This document shows positions 34,925 to 45,397 of a stretch of 56,589 nucleotides of DNA, one piece after another. Numbering within the stretch: the stretch's first letter is position 1; each line of letters begins with the position of its first letter. A program made the position numbers and the translations under genes. The notes below the pieces were generated by a model. It worked only from the letters and a program-made list of their open reading frames with translations. It was not told the DNA's origin and searched no databases. This stretch comes from a virus (lineage: Duplodnaviria; Caudoviricetes), in IMG/VR virus record IMGVR_UViG_3300027419_000038, positions 1 through 56,589 of that record; one strand, given 5' to 3'.

Positions 34925-37900
34925 CTATACGTACAAACCATCAGCAACTTCATTCAAAGAGTCATTAACAGCACCTTTAATTTCACGGAGCAGTTTAACT
35001 CTATCATACACATCACCAATGTTAATCACCAAAGAAATAATTTTAGAACTATTCGAAGTGTTCCCAGGCATAAATCCAGCCCCACGCTGAGCAGGCCCTG
35101 TCCAAGTACCCCTATGCTGAAATGCAGTCGTATCAAAGGTTTTTGAACCAACTGTTGCCCATGTGTGTGGGATTGAACCCCAGAAACCGTTAGTGAGTCC
35201 AGCGTTAAGTCCCATTGACTGTGCAAGAGCCACAATCAGTTGCGCCCCATCATAGCAATTACATGAACGGGAGGAAAGAACCTCCGCATTGGACTTCCCA
35301 TCGCCAAAGTAGAATGAATATCCAATCCCACTCATCATAGCTCCAGCTAACTTCTCGAATAACCCCATTCCACCATTTTTAAGAGTTTCCAGACTGAAAG
35401 TGGTTCCGAATACAGTCATTTGCCAGTTCATTATAGCATCAAGAGCCTGACTAGTCCAGCCCGACATCCCATCCCAACCAGCACTGCATTTCTCAGGGTC
35501 ATTGCATGAGAATAACTTCTGTAAACTCTTATCAACAGGTAAATTCTCACTCCTTCCAGCAGTAGGTATAACTCCACCCATTAATGCGTTCGTAGAGTCT
35601 GCAACTGTCTTCCCGATTCCACCTAAAAACCCAGCACCCTTTTTACCAGGGATTGTGACATCAGGTCCTACACCGGGGAATCCTGCACCAGGGATTCCGG
35701 CTCCTAATAGCGTAGAAGCTCTACTCCCAATATTACTAACTACACTACTAGCTCTACTACCTCCCGCTCCTCCAGGATTCCTAATGAAATTCCAAAAGGA
35801 GGATAGATTATTCCATAGTTGAGAAATAGGTCCCCACACCCCATCACGGATGGAATTTGAAGCACTTATAAGGCTAGCTTTCGCAGCATTCCAGGCATTA
35901 ACTATTTGATTAACATGGTATGAAACATTAGCTACTAAGGGTCCAAGCCAACCATTCCAGGCAGCTTGAATTAACACTCCCAATGATATTGCATAATTCC
36001 ATAATAATAGCAATGCATTGTAAAAGGGCATTACGATAGAATTATAGAACCAGTCCCATCCCTTGTTAAGTTCAGCCCATAACCATTGGATAAACAATAT
36101 TATGGGCATTATAAGGGTTGAGCATGTGGCATAAATGTTTTCCCATATTTGTGTCCAGAGGCTATCTAATTCCCGTAAAGCTGGGAATAATCCAGGACTA
36201 TTACCTGTAATCCAGTGCCATAATAGAATTATGAAATCAGTGATTTGGATAACTTTATCCGCACCGGCTATATCGAACTGTAATGGTTTTGATATTGTCT
36301 CCGCTATGTCCCCATACCATTTACCAAAATTGGTTAAAGCATCTTGGAAATAATCTCCAACGGGGTTCTCACCACTACCTGGGTTCAAAGCCTTTCCCAA
36401 TCCAAACCATAACTGGTCTCCAAAGCCTTCGGCTTCAGCCCAATCGTAATCCCAATTAGCTTGTCCTTCACCACCCCATTTACGTTCACCAGGTTTACGG
36501 TCACGGTATTCTACAGCTAAGTCTGATTTTGCCTTCGTATCAGCATCTAACTCCCCTTTATTAACAGCAGTTATTTGCTCAGCAGCCTCGTCCGGACTTA
36601 ACAGTCCTTCTCGTTGTTTCCATAATATAATCTGCTTTTGTAATTCTTTACGAGCAGCCACATTCTGTTCTATAGAAAGTGTTACGCCATCTAATGACTT
36701 TTTAAGAACATCATTAGCATAGGCTTGATTTGATTCAGCAGTATTCAATCCGTTTTGGGCTTCTTTAAGCTCGTTTACTTTATTCTTATACGCCTCAGTT
36801 CCGGGTGTTAATTGAGCTAATTCGGTTTTTAAAGTCGCAACTAATTTTTTAGCATCATCATATTCTGCATTGGCTTCACTGATTTTTTGATTTAACTGAC
36901 CCTGCTGTTCTCTGGCTTTTTCTAATTCTGTTGTGAACCATCCCAGTTCAGTCCCTGCCCAGATTATACCTCCAGCTAACAATGCAAAGGCAGCTACCCA
37001 TCCAATTATTGGGATTCCAAGCATCGTGGTTCCCAGAACACCCATGGCTCCAGACAATAATCCAGTTGCAGCCGCGGCGGCAACCATGGTTGGAATGAAT
37101 GCTACAAACAATCCCAGCATTAATGCGATTATTCCAGCAACAATAGCTAATTGTGGGCCTTTACCTAAAGACTCCCACCATTCCCTCAATCCAGTTGTAA
37201 GTCCTGCAAAGCCTAAAGCCAATGAACTTATGGCTGGGAGCATTACATCTCCAATCAATACTAAGAACTCACCAACAGTGTTTCCTGCTACTTGTAATGC
37301 ATCATCTAAGGTTTGTATTTTAGAAGTAAACGTATCCCAGTGTTTAGCATACCCTATTTTCTCCAGAGCAGCCATCATGGAAACTTTATCATTAACATTA
37401 CCAGTCCAACCAGCTTTAACAAGGTCTTTTTGACCCACACCAGTTTCACGGGATAATCTGATAAATTCTCCTTCTACTACTTCTCTTATAGCTAATTGTG
37501 CGTCTTGAGGAGTACGCCCTCCACGTAGAAATTGCGTATATACCATTGCAGCGGGTTTCGTCATTGCAGCCGTTTCTTCTGGATTCAAGTTTTGCATGGC
37601 TGCAACGTTAGCTAAGATTGCCCCTACTTGGTATTTATTCACTTTAGGCCATTGTTTATTCATTGATTCCAATGCGTCGGTAACTATTTGAATTTGACTA
37701 GCGCCCCAACCCATCTGCCTGAATAAACCTTCCATTTCTTGCTTTGCCATCATTGAGCCAGTTGCAGCTTGGGTGAATGCTGTTAAAGCATTAAATCCAA
37801 ATACACCCATCATCACCCCACCAGCTATTTCTAGCATGAAACTAGCACGGTGGAGTAATCTAAATGCACTAGTACCCTTATTAGCTCCGGCTTCAGCCTT

Positions 37901-38740
37901 ACCCATACTGGTGTTGACTCTATCCCCGAACTCAGCAGCTTTCAAACCAGTTTCATCCATCGAACTTCGCATGGATGTCATAGCTGTACGAGTGGATTGG
38001 TCTAAATAATTATTAGCATTGTAAATGTGGGCATATTTATTGGTAACATCAGCGTCTAAGTTGTTTAAAGCATACCTAACTGATTCAATGTCTCTTAAAT
38101 AATTCTTACCAAAATCAGAGTCCTGTGAACTTTTAACAGGTTTTATTAATGTTTCATTAAGTTCAACCCTGGCTCTTTTTAATTTATAAAGCTCATCAAG
38201 TTCTTGTTTATAATTGGTACTAGCCATCAATCGTTCATTAAGTCGAATACCTTCCCGTATCAACTCATTTGTATCTTTCTGTGCCTTTCCAACCAATGAT
38301 TGTGTTGACACCCCGAAATCACTAGCACTATACCTTATAGGGGTTGTTTTCCCAATCCCAGTTATTTGATTGAATAAATCCCCATAACGTCCAGATAAAC
38401 CTTTTAAACTCTTATCTAAATTCTTAATTCCATAACTAACACTAGCAGTGTGATTATTCCATGCCTTATCCTTCTCAGCCATTTCTTTCATGAAATCAGC
38501 ATGAGATGAGGATTGCACTTCTTTCAATTTCCTAGTAGACTCTGCCACCTTATCTGTTTGCGTGGCAATATCCTTAGTCTTCTTAGAAACAACATCTAAT
38601 CCCCCACCAGTATTCTTGGCAAAAGATTCAATACTATGCCATCCTGTAGCTATTTTCTTTAACTCTTTATCCCACTGTCTATCAAATTGGTTTGTATCTA
38701 ACAGTAACCTTGCTTTTACACTTCCACCATCCGCTGACAT
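34925..38740 (-). CDS. Tape measure protein with C-terminal Pei/transglutaminase-like peptidase domain
   Basis: 1271 aa helical, Trp-periodic repeats, TM segments; YSFY..NCYD..HTW..FDTT triad. Confidence 0.9.
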   Translation of the reverse strand: MSADGGSVKARLLLDTNQFDRQWDKELKKIATGWHSIESFAKNTGGGLDVVSKKTKDIATQTDKVAESTRKLKEVQSSSHADFMKEMAEKDKAWNNHTASVSYGIKNLDKSLKGLSGRYGDLFNQITGIGKTTPIRYSASDFGVSTQSLVGKAQKDTNELIREGIRLNERLMASTNYKQELDELYKLKRARVELNETLIKPVKSSQDSDFGKNYLRDIESVRYALNNLDADVTNKYAHIYNANNYLDQSTRTAMTSMRSSMDETGLKAAEFGDRVNTSMGKAEAGANKGTSAFRLLHRASFMLEIAGGVMMGVFGFNALTAFTQAATGSMMAKQEMEGLFRQMGWGASQIQIVTDALESMNKQWPKVNKYQVGAILANVAAMQNLNPEETAAMTKPAAMVYTQFLRGGRTPQDAQLAIREVVEGEFIRLSRETGVGQKDLVKAGWTGNVNDKVSMMAALEKIGYAKHWDTFTSKIQTLDDALQVAGNTVGEFLVLIGDVMLPAISSLALGFAGLTTGLREWWESLGKGPQLAIVAGIIALMLGLFVAFIPTMVAAAAATGLLSGAMGVLGTTMLGIPIIGWVAAFALLAGGIIWAGTELGWFTTELEKAREQQGQLNQKISEANAEYDDAKKLVATLKTELAQLTPGTEAYKNKVNELKEAQNGLNTAESNQAYANDVLKKSLDGVTLSIEQNVAARKELQKQIILWKQREGLLSPDEAAEQITAVNKGELDADTKAKSDLAVEYRDRKPGERKWGGEGQANWDYDWAEAEGFGDQLWFGLGKALNPGSGENPVGDYFQDALTNFGKWYGDIAETISKPLQFDIAGADKVIQITDFIILLWHWITGNSPGLFPALRELDSLWTQIWENIYATCSTLIMPIILFIQWLWAELNKGWDWFYNSIVMPFYNALLLLWNYAISLGVLIQAAWNGWLGPLVANVSYHVNQIVNAWNAAKASLISASNSIRDGVWGPISQLWNNLSSFWNFIRNPGGAGGSRASSVVSNIGSRASTLLGAGIPGAGFPGVGPDVTIPGKKGAGFLGGIGKTVADSTNALMGGVIPTAGRSENLPVDKSLQKLFSCNDPEKCSAGWDGMSGWTSQALDAIMNWQMTVFGTTFSLETLKNGGMGLFEKLAGAMMSGIGYSFYFGDGKSNAEVLSSRSCNCYDGAQLIVALAQSMGLNAGLTNGFWGSIPHTWATVGSKTFDTTAFQHRGTWTGPAQRGAGFMPGNTSNSSKIISLVINIGDVYDRVKLLREIKGAVNDSLNEVADGLYV

Positions 38741-38741
38741 A

Positions 38742-39188
38742 TTAATACACCTCCCTTAACTCTCTAGCTAAAATTCCTTCCATATCTGGCGTTGCTAACT
38801 CTAATCCTAATGACATGTATTTCATAACAGGAGTTTTACCACTTTTACGGATGGGGTGGTTTAAATCCACCTCATGCTGGAACTCAGCATAATCATACCC
38901 ATCAGGGTCTTTAGCACTATACCATAAGTCTACAACTTTGAAACGGGGATTCAACCCATAAAATTCATTATAACTAAAACCACGCCCTCTTGGCCCCCCA
39001 TGTTGCACTGGAAATGATGTTCCCTCCAATAAACCAAAACGAAAAGGTACAAATGGAAATGTAACCTCTTCAACATGATAAGCAAAATCCCTTAATCCAG
39101 CCACACCCACACGCCGCTTACCCATATCCTGGGCTTGTTTGAACTTAAATGTAGCGTCGTCACCATCTAATAATAATAACAGAGTCAT
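38742..39188 (-). CDS. Putative neck/tail-completion protein
   Basis: VPFRFGLLE..YAEFQHE..KYM pattern of HK97 gp10/minor capsid-like proteins. Confidence 0.6.
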   Translation of the reverse strand: MTLLLLLDGDDATFKFKQAQDMGKRRVGVAGLRDFAYHVEEVTFPFVPFRFGLLEGTSFPVQHGGPRGRGFSYNEFYGLNPRFKVVDLWYSAKDPDGYDYAEFQHEVDLNHPIRKSGKTPVMKYMSLGLELATPDMEGILARELREVY

Positions 39189-39218
39189 TACAAAAACTCC
39201 TTTAAAAAAAAAAGATGT

Positions 39219-39557
39219 TCAATCGTCAGAGTCTCCCCTTAAACGATTGAACATCTCTACCATCCCCCTATCTTCAGGAGGAGCATTATCTTCCCCAATA
39301 TCCACCGGCTTGGAGTTTGAACTCCCCGCCCTTGGCATTGAACCCCCACCACTATGACCTGAACGCCTATTAGCCTTCTCATACTCTTTTTTCTCATCTT
39401 CAAGAGAACGTTCTTCAATTAAAACACAATTAAAGAAATCAACATCTAATGTTTCCCGTATATCTGGAACAGACCAACGGAATTGCTTAGCTGCAAAGTG
39501 TACAAAGGTATCTAGGATTCGTATTTCTGATAATTTATCCTCATCTATATCATCGAA
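39219..39557 (-). CDS. C-terminal part of tail assembly chaperone GT (reached by +1 frameshift)
   Basis: +1 frame open across TTT CGA TGA; FRWSVPDIRE typical of gpT-like segments. Confidence 0.7.
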   Translation of the reverse strand, partial: FDDIDEDKLSEIRILDTFVHFAAKQFRWSVPDIRETLDVDFFNCVLIEERSLEDEKKEYEKANRRSGHSGGGSMPRAGSSNSKPVDIGEDNAPPEDRGMVEMFNRLRGDSDD

Positions 39558-39909
39558 AGTCTGGGATATTCCCACTACCCATATTATTAATCTGAGCATC
39601 TATGGCTGCGTCGATGATTTTCCCCTTCAGATTTTCAATATCCGAATTGGAGCGTTTATGTTTTATATAAGTTATAATCATTGGAAGTCCCTGAGCCAGA
39701 TAGAAATCATCCATCTCAGCTTCCAGCATTTCTTCAGGTTCGAAGTCTTCAATAAATGTTGCTACAATCCTTCCCATAGCTAGTAACTGTTCATTTCCAT
39801 TAGTGGCGTTTATCATAGCTTCCTGAATATCCCCTTGCATATCCATAAGCTGAGCCATTTTAACACGTTTTAGGGTTCTTTTCTTCCCTATGAAATCAAA
39901 CTTCTTCAT
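39550..39909 (-). CDS. Tail assembly chaperone G
   Basis: Between major tail and TMP genes; AGGTGA RBS before MKKFDF; ends TTT CGA TGA. Confidence 0.75.
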   Translation of the reverse strand: MKKFDFIGKKRTLKRVKMAQLMDMQGDIQEAMINATNGNEQLLAMGRIVATFIEDFEPEEMLEAEMDDFYLAQGLPMIITYIKHKRSNSDIENLKGKIIDAAIDAQINNMGSGNIPDFR

Positions 39910-39989
39910 ATTATCACCTGTTTTGTTTTTATCTATGATTTCCCCTTTACTTTCCCCACGCAATTAATTTAAAAAAAAAATAAGTAAGA

Positions 39990-41000
39990 TTAAATTGCAG
40001 TAATCTTACTCACTATGATGAAATCAGCCTTTTTGTTACTAGAGTTATTCATCCCAGTGAATGTAAATTCAAAGGATTTAGCTCCATCCCCACCCTCGGT
40101 AGGTTTAACATCAGTGATTTCAGCATTATACACATCCGCTTGGAATGAGTATTTAGTACCAGTACCCGCATCAGCAGCACCAGTATATTTCCACTGCAAT
40201 GCCTGAGAACGGTTAGCAGAACTAACAGCAGCCCCAGATACAGAACCTGTAGCCCAAAGACGCTGTTCATCCTGAGTGTATTTCAAAGTGAAAGAACCTT
40301 CACATGTCAGGTCTCCCATATCCTTATTCACACTACCAAACGGATTTCCAGCATCGACAGTCGCTTCAATATTGTTAGACAGTTTAAGCGACCCTTCAAC
40401 ATAGTTACTCAAAGCAGAACCTAAAGCTCCGCCAACATCACCCATTTTGAACGTCAATTCACCAGTTTTAGCTGGTTGGGTTGTAGTATAAGTCAAAGTA
40501 GGTTCAGTTATGTCAAAGCTAGGGAAATCAGAAACATATCCAATAGTTAAGTTTGGAGATTCCTCTGTAGGGAATGCGAACTCTAAATTATTCGCAACAG
40601 CCCCTTCAAACCGTTTAGCTTCCTCAGAACCCACATTATATCCGTGAGTGATGGAATAGAATGGTAACGTGTCCGCCCAGGAGAATGTATGAGTGTATGC
40701 TGTAGTAGCACCAACTTGGACTGAAGAAACACCTCCGCAGAAAGCGAATATAATATCCTCAATACCCCCATCCCACCTAAGCCTATCCTTAAACTCAGGT
40801 TCGGCGAAAGCTTTAGTACGACTATTAACAGTCCCTTTACCCCTAGCACCAATATGCCCCTCGTCAGATTCAACTTCAATCTGAGCATTACCAGTAAACT
40901 CCTGATACTTAATCATAGCAGTAGGAGCCACACCAGTTGCCTCAGTGCTCTGTTTACCGACACCAGCATAATGGAAACTATTACTTGGATACTGAGCCAT
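39990..41000 (-). CDS. Major tail (tube) protein
   Basis: GVGKQST..T.V.P; YTHTF; FEGAVANNLEF; L.NNIE; synteny. Confidence 0.85.
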   Translation of the reverse strand: MAQYPSNSFHYAGVGKQSTEATGVAPTAMIKYQEFTGNAQIEVESDEGHIGARGKGTVNSRTKAFAEPEFKDRLRWDGGIEDIIFAFCGGVSSVQVGATTAYTHTFSWADTLPFYSITHGYNVGSEEAKRFEGAVANNLEFAFPTEESPNLTIGYVSDFPSFDITEPTLTYTTTQPAKTGELTFKMGDVGGALGSALSNYVEGSLKLSNNIEATVDAGNPFGSVNKDMGDLTCEGSFTLKYTQDEQRLWATGSVSGAAVSSANRSQALQWKYTGAADAGTGTKYSFQADVYNAEITDVKPTEGGDGAKSFEFTFTGMNNSSNKKADFIIVSKITAI

Positions 41001-41167
41001 TATTTAACCCCCTTCCCAGGCTTAATTGGTTTAGGATTATCATACTGAGGGTCTTCCAAAAACCTTTTTTCGAGTTCTTTAGGCACATCCACAACTTCTC
41101 CTGGTTGAATAGTTTTACCCAGGACCATGCAGACTGCCTCAGTCACTCCGTTGTATTTAAACTTCAT
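41000..41167 (-). CDS. Small virion-module protein (55 aa, MKFKYNG)
   Basis: ATGA and TAATG overlaps with both neighbours; translated by hand. Confidence 0.6.
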   Translation of the reverse strand: MKFKYNGVTEAVCMVLGKTIQPGEVVDVPKELEKRFLEDPQYDNPKPIKPGKGVK

Positions 41168-41631
41168 ATTATTTGTACCTCATAAATTATATTAAACGTG
41201 ATTGTAACGACATTAGCGAAGATGTTCTCCGATTTCATATCATATACTGTACTCTCCCGGCTTGAAACGTATTCTATATTAGTCACATAATCTGTTAACT
41301 GGTTAAGACGATACGCTTTACGGATTGCCTTTTCAACCTGCTCTTCATACAGATATAACTCTGGAAGAATCTGCTTCTTGTTAACCGGCTGAGTATAAAT
41401 CTTAGTCCTAAATGGGAGATTATATGTATAAAACCCAGCACCACCATCACGCATATCGGCTTTGATTCTATCCCCACGTTGAACAGAGGTTGCTGGAAGG
41501 CGAATACGGGGATTAATAAACCCCTCACCCTCATACAAATCAATTTTAGTCCTTCCAAACTCCGATTCAATCGCCAGGATGAAAGCTTCCTTAATCTGCT
41601 GGATAATAGCTTTAGACACTGAGACCACCAT
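41164..41631 (-). CDS. Putative tail terminator
   Basis: Size, LPAT motif, position before tail tube gene. Confidence 0.6.
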   Translation of the reverse strand: MVVSVSKAIIQQIKEAFILAIESEFGRTKIDLYEGEGFINPRIRLPATSVQRGDRIKADMRDGGAGFYTYNLPFRTKIYTQPVNKKQILPELYLYEEQVEKAIRKAYRLNQLTDYVTNIEYVSSRESTVYDMKSENIFANVVTITFNIIYEVQII

Positions 41632-42439
41632 ACCCTCCTATGAGGATTAATTTCTTTCCAATAGTAGTATCCCCTCCACGAAGATACTCCTCACACTTGG
41701 TTTCAGCATCAGCCAACAACCGAATCGCATAATTCTTCGTGGCTAATTTAGAACCATAATCCCACTGAGCAGTATCCTGACCATTTAAATACATCCAACA
41801 ATAAGCTCCAGCCGCCAAATGACTAGCCACCAATAAATTATCAGACCCATCACCACTAGGCATCGTAACTTCATTTATTTTAGATAAGACAAACTGGATT
41901 CCATCGTTAAGTTCGAATGATTCAAGCTGTTCAACAGTAACAACGAATTTGTGAGACTTAGCAACTATTCTACCAATAGTTATAATTTCCCCAGCAGTAC
42001 GGGCTACATTACATTGAATCCCTATAGATTTAACCGCACCTAAAAATTCAGGGTTGGGTATCTCTAATGACACTATTTCTGTGTTTCCAGCGTCAATGTC
42101 TGGTAAGTCTATGGTTTCGTGCATGAAGTTAAACATTATGGAATCAGAGAAACCTAGTGTAAAATCACCAACCCCTATATCTTCACTAGGTGTAATGTGC
42201 AACTCAATACTTAACCTATCATCAAGTCGCAGAGGGTCATCGAATTGCACGAAGATGACATCATCCTCTGTCATATCCGTTACCTTCAAAGCATTATCAA
42301 AGACGGTTGCAGTGGTGGGGTCAAGTTCTAATGTTAAATCATCATTACCCTGGGAACTCCACACTTCATCAAAAATTGAGAGTTCATGTCTATCGACAAT
42401 AACTCCTTCAAGATAATGGAGTACATCCAAATAACCCAT
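41612..42439 (-). CDS. Putative head-tail adaptor with inserted beta-rich domain
   Basis: Helical termini (ASHLAAGAY) flanking an acidic beta-rich insert. Confidence 0.5.
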   Translation of the reverse strand: MGYLDVLHYLEGVIVDRHELSIFDEVWSSQGNDDLTLELDPTTATVFDNALKVTDMTEDDVIFVQFDDPLRLDDRLSIELHITPSEDIGVGDFTLGFSDSIMFNFMHETIDLPDIDAGNTEIVSLEIPNPEFLGAVKSIGIQCNVARTAGEIITIGRIVAKSHKFVVTVEQLESFELNDGIQFVLSKINEVTMPSGDGSDNLLVASHLAAGAYCWMYLNGQDTAQWDYGSKLATKNYAIRLLADAETKCEEYLRGGDTTIGKKLILIGGYGGLSV

Positions 42440-42459
42440 AATAACACCCCATCACAAAC

Positions 42460-42990
42460 TTATGCTCGTAGTACAACCACATCAAATATATTATCGGCAG
42501 TAGCAGCAGCAGCTAAAGTAACAGTAACCGCACCACCAGCACCAATTTCAATATCATCCACAAACTGGTCCTGATTACCATTAGGATATATTCCAAGAAC
42601 CTGACCACCAATCAAGAGAGCATCATCAACACTAGCCCCACTAGATTGTCCAGTCGATACAGTTACAGTTTTAACCCTATATCCAAGCTGGTCTTTTTGA
42701 ACAGCATCAGAATCAATCTCAGTTTCACCAACAGCATCAGCTTGAATTGTAGTTGCACCATTAGCAGCAATAGCTATATCGCCAGACACAGCTACATCTT
42801 GAGCTACTCCCTGAGCATCATAAACAATTATCTTAGCCTCGGTGCTGGGTTCCAGCATACCTAATTCAATCTCACCAGTACCATCGAGAGCACTTACCTT
42901 ATCATCAACCTCTTTAATAAGGTTGTATATGGCTCGCCTCCACATATCCCCTATTCCGAAAACCTGGTCGAACCTTTTACTTAAAGTCAT
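42460..42990 (-). CDS. Putative head fibre/decoration protein
   Basis: VSGDIAIAANGATTIQADAV fibre-like repeats; follows major capsid gene. Confidence 0.55.
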   Translation of the reverse strand: MTLSKRFDQVFGIGDMWRRAIYNLIKEVDDKVSALDGTGEIELGMLEPSTEAKIIVYDAQGVAQDVAVSGDIAIAANGATTIQADAVGETEIDSDAVQKDQLGYRVKTVTVSTGQSSGASVDDALLIGGQVLGIYPNGNQDQFVDDIEIGAGGAVTVTLAAAATADNIFDVVVLRA

Positions 42991-43031
42991 ACTTCTGACC
43001 TCCTAAAAAAAATCATTTAAGGATTTTATCC

Positions 43032-43937
43032 TTAAATGTTATTCATGAACAGGTAATTAGGTCGTGTGATAGGAATAGCGAACTCCACACCAAACTGATA
43101 CTCAGTTTTGGGACGCATACCATCATGATTCAAAATACACATGTTCACAACAGGCCGGTACTGGGCACCGTTCTGTATTTTAGCAGGTTCGTAAGAGCCT
43201 TTCAGCTTCCTATATATAATGGACCCAGGTTTACGTGCAGAATTCCAACCATACAGACTACCCTCAGATATACCATTAGCAATGTAATAGTGCATGAACT
43301 GCTGGTAAGAGATGTCCTGACCAATCATTTTCAGATTGTCAATACCATCTTTCTTTATAATATATTTACGCAGTTCATCAAGGTTAGTACCATTGTACAG
43401 GAGAGTATCTAAATCAGACTCCCTCTGGTCAAGCCTCTGCATGAAACTTCTGAAATTAGATAAATCCACAGCAATCTGAGTGGAAGTATCCCAATTACCA
43501 TCTTCCAAAGCAATATTCTTATCCACAGCAGCACTAGTAATAGCAACGGCTGAAGAAGATTCAATGAAAGTAGAAATACCATAAGCCAAATCCTGCAAAT
43601 CCTGAAGGAAAGCTTCAGGAGCTTCTTCCATCATATCGTTTTCCACAATGTATCGGTAACCGTGTTGCCTCATACGTGTGGATTCGACTTCCATTTCCCC
43701 ACTGTTCACGAGAGTAAGCTCGGAACCAGCAGCAGAAGGCATAGGCTTTTCAATAACCCCTTCCGCAAACAATTCCTCCGCAGTTTTCTCCCTAGTGAAG
43801 AAATCATACCTTCGTGCCTTAGTCTCACCGTAACCCAGTAAAGGAGCGAGTTTCATCCCCTTATACACTTCATCTTCCACATACCATTGTGCAAGGCTAC
43901 GGTCAGTCAGCACATCAATTGGTTTAACATCTACCAT
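43032..43937 (-). CDS. Major capsid protein (HK97 fold)
   Basis: 301 aa; AGSEL..; HG...VE..M; C-terminal FAIPITRPN; synteny. Confidence 0.8.
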   Translation of the reverse strand: MVDVKPIDVLTDRSLAQWYVEDEVYKGMKLAPLLGYGETKARRYDFFTREKTAEELFAEGVIEKPMPSAAGSELTLVNSGEMEVESTRMRQHGYRYIVENDMMEEAPEAFLQDLQDLAYGISTFIESSSAVAITSAAVDKNIALEDGNWDTSTQIAVDLSNFRSFMQRLDQRESDLDTLLYNGTNLDELRKYIIKKDGIDNLKMIGQDISYQQFMHYYIANGISEGSLYGWNSARKPGSIIYRKLKGSYEPAKIQNGAQYRPVVNMCILNHDGMRPKTEYQFGVEFAIPITRPNYLFMNNI

Positions 43938-43971
43938 ATTATAACACTCCTATTAAATAAAAGAAGAATGA

Positions 43972-44496
43972 TTAATCATTCTCCAGAACTATACCACTAT
44001 TAGGACGGAATATTCTCATGTAACCACCAGCATTCTGGGCTACAGTCATCAAAGAGAAAGCGTATAGTGTAACAGCGTCTTCTTCCTTATTATATGCATC
44101 CTTATGTCCAGTCGCAATAGCAACAGCATCACCAGGAGCAATAGCTGCATTATCATGCACAACCTTCACATAATCAATCGTACCATCCACCTCAATAGTG
44201 GCGATTGGTTTCTGCTCATCAGTCAAGTTAGCATAAGTTGTAGTCACTTTAGGAAGCTTTACAACCTCCATTCTGTTACCAACCCTACCAATAGGCACCC
44301 CCGTTGTCAGAGGTTCGACAGTATTATCATAAGTTGTGTTAATCTGCACCTCAGTGTACTCTGGAATGTCAGTTGCATAAGAACCCCCTTTAGCAGGTCC
44401 CTGGTCAGTTAACATATCCTCATCTCTGGTAAAATTCCCCACGTTCAAGAAAAATGTTATACGTGGCTTACGACCAGTAATATCTATTGATACCAT
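43972..44496 (-). CDS. Capsid cement/decoration protein
   Basis: PIGRV..AIAPGDAV pattern; between scaffold and capsid genes. Confidence 0.6.
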   Translation of the reverse strand: MVSIDITGRKPRITFFLNVGNFTRDEDMLTDQGPAKGGSYATDIPEYTEVQINTTYDNTVEPLTTGVPIGRVGNRMEVVKLPKVTTTYANLTDEQKPIATIEVDGTIDYVKVVHDNAAIAPGDAVAIATGHKDAYNKEEDAVTLYAFSLMTVAQNAGGYMRIFRPNSGIVLEND

Positions 44497-44538
44497 ATTT
44501 TATCCTCCATATTTACAATTCAATCATTCAATTGAAAT

Positions 44539-45396
44539 TCATAACACACCGCTATCCCTAGCCTTCTGCATATCCTCATAAGTAGGTTTCTTATCATCAG
44601 GCGTAGCTTTAACAGGTTTTTTAGTGCTCTTAACTTTAGCCCCTTTAGGTGTGGTGTCTTCAACAACATTATCCACTTCCTTGGCTTTAAGAGCCTTTAA
44701 TTGTGGAATACTCCACGTTTTATAAGCTTCTTTGAGAGTCTCATCTTCTCCAACGATTTCATCCAAGAGGGTTTCTTTGAATTTATCCTCCCGACCACGC
44801 CGGATTTTAAGCTCCCCTTCGTATTCTGTATTGGTTTCCTTCAAGGCGTTGAGTTCTGTCTCAATAGTTCCCTTATCAGTCTCCAATGCACTGATTGTCT
44901 GTTCTTTTTGAGCTAGTTCAGTTTCCAACTGCCCAATCTTAACCTGCAATTCTCCAATCTTAATTTTATCTTCTTCAGCCATTTTGTTATCCTCCAATTC
45001 TGCGTTGCATAATCGTGTTTCCGTTTTGCGAACAGGTGCTCCATTGTTCGTAGCCCAAACAACCTTGTCGAGTCGTGCGTTTAAAAGGCGTTTAACTCCT
45101 TCATCAGTCATCTCTGTTTCAAGCACAGTCACATCGGTACTAAATTTAACATCATCCTCCGGAGTATCAACCGGGACAGCCAAGTCAGCCCACAAACCAT
45201 GCGTAGGGCAGTGACCTATCTTAACAACATTCCCAATCTCAATTCCATCATGGAAGTCAAGTTCAACAACCTGATTTCGTAAATCCTGAGCCATTAACTC
45301 AAGCACTTCAGGCGTATACTCATAAGTCCCCTTCGGATATTCAACCATTCCAGGGGTATCAATCAAAGCTCTCTTTATCTTCATATCAGACTTCAT
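44539..45396 (-). CDS. Prohead protease-scaffold fusion (nested scaffold start at 44982)
   Basis: N-terminal FHD..IGNV..FS protease-like region; C-terminal coiled coil; internal GGAGGA RBS before MAEEDK. Confidence 0.7.
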   Translation of the reverse strand: MKSDMKIKRALIDTPGMVEYPKGTYEYTPEVLELMAQDLRNQVVELDFHDGIEIGNVVKIGHCPTHGLWADLAVPVDTPEDDVKFSTDVTVLETEMTDEGVKRLLNARLDKVVWATNNGAPVRKTETRLCNAELEDNKMAEEDKIKIGELQVKIGQLETELAQKEQTISALETDKGTIETELNALKETNTEYEGELKIRRGREDKFKETLLDEIVGEDETLKEAYKTWSIPQLKALKAKEVDNVVEDTTPKGAKVKSTKKPVKATPDDKKPTYEDMQKARDSGVL

Positions 45397-45397
45397 T

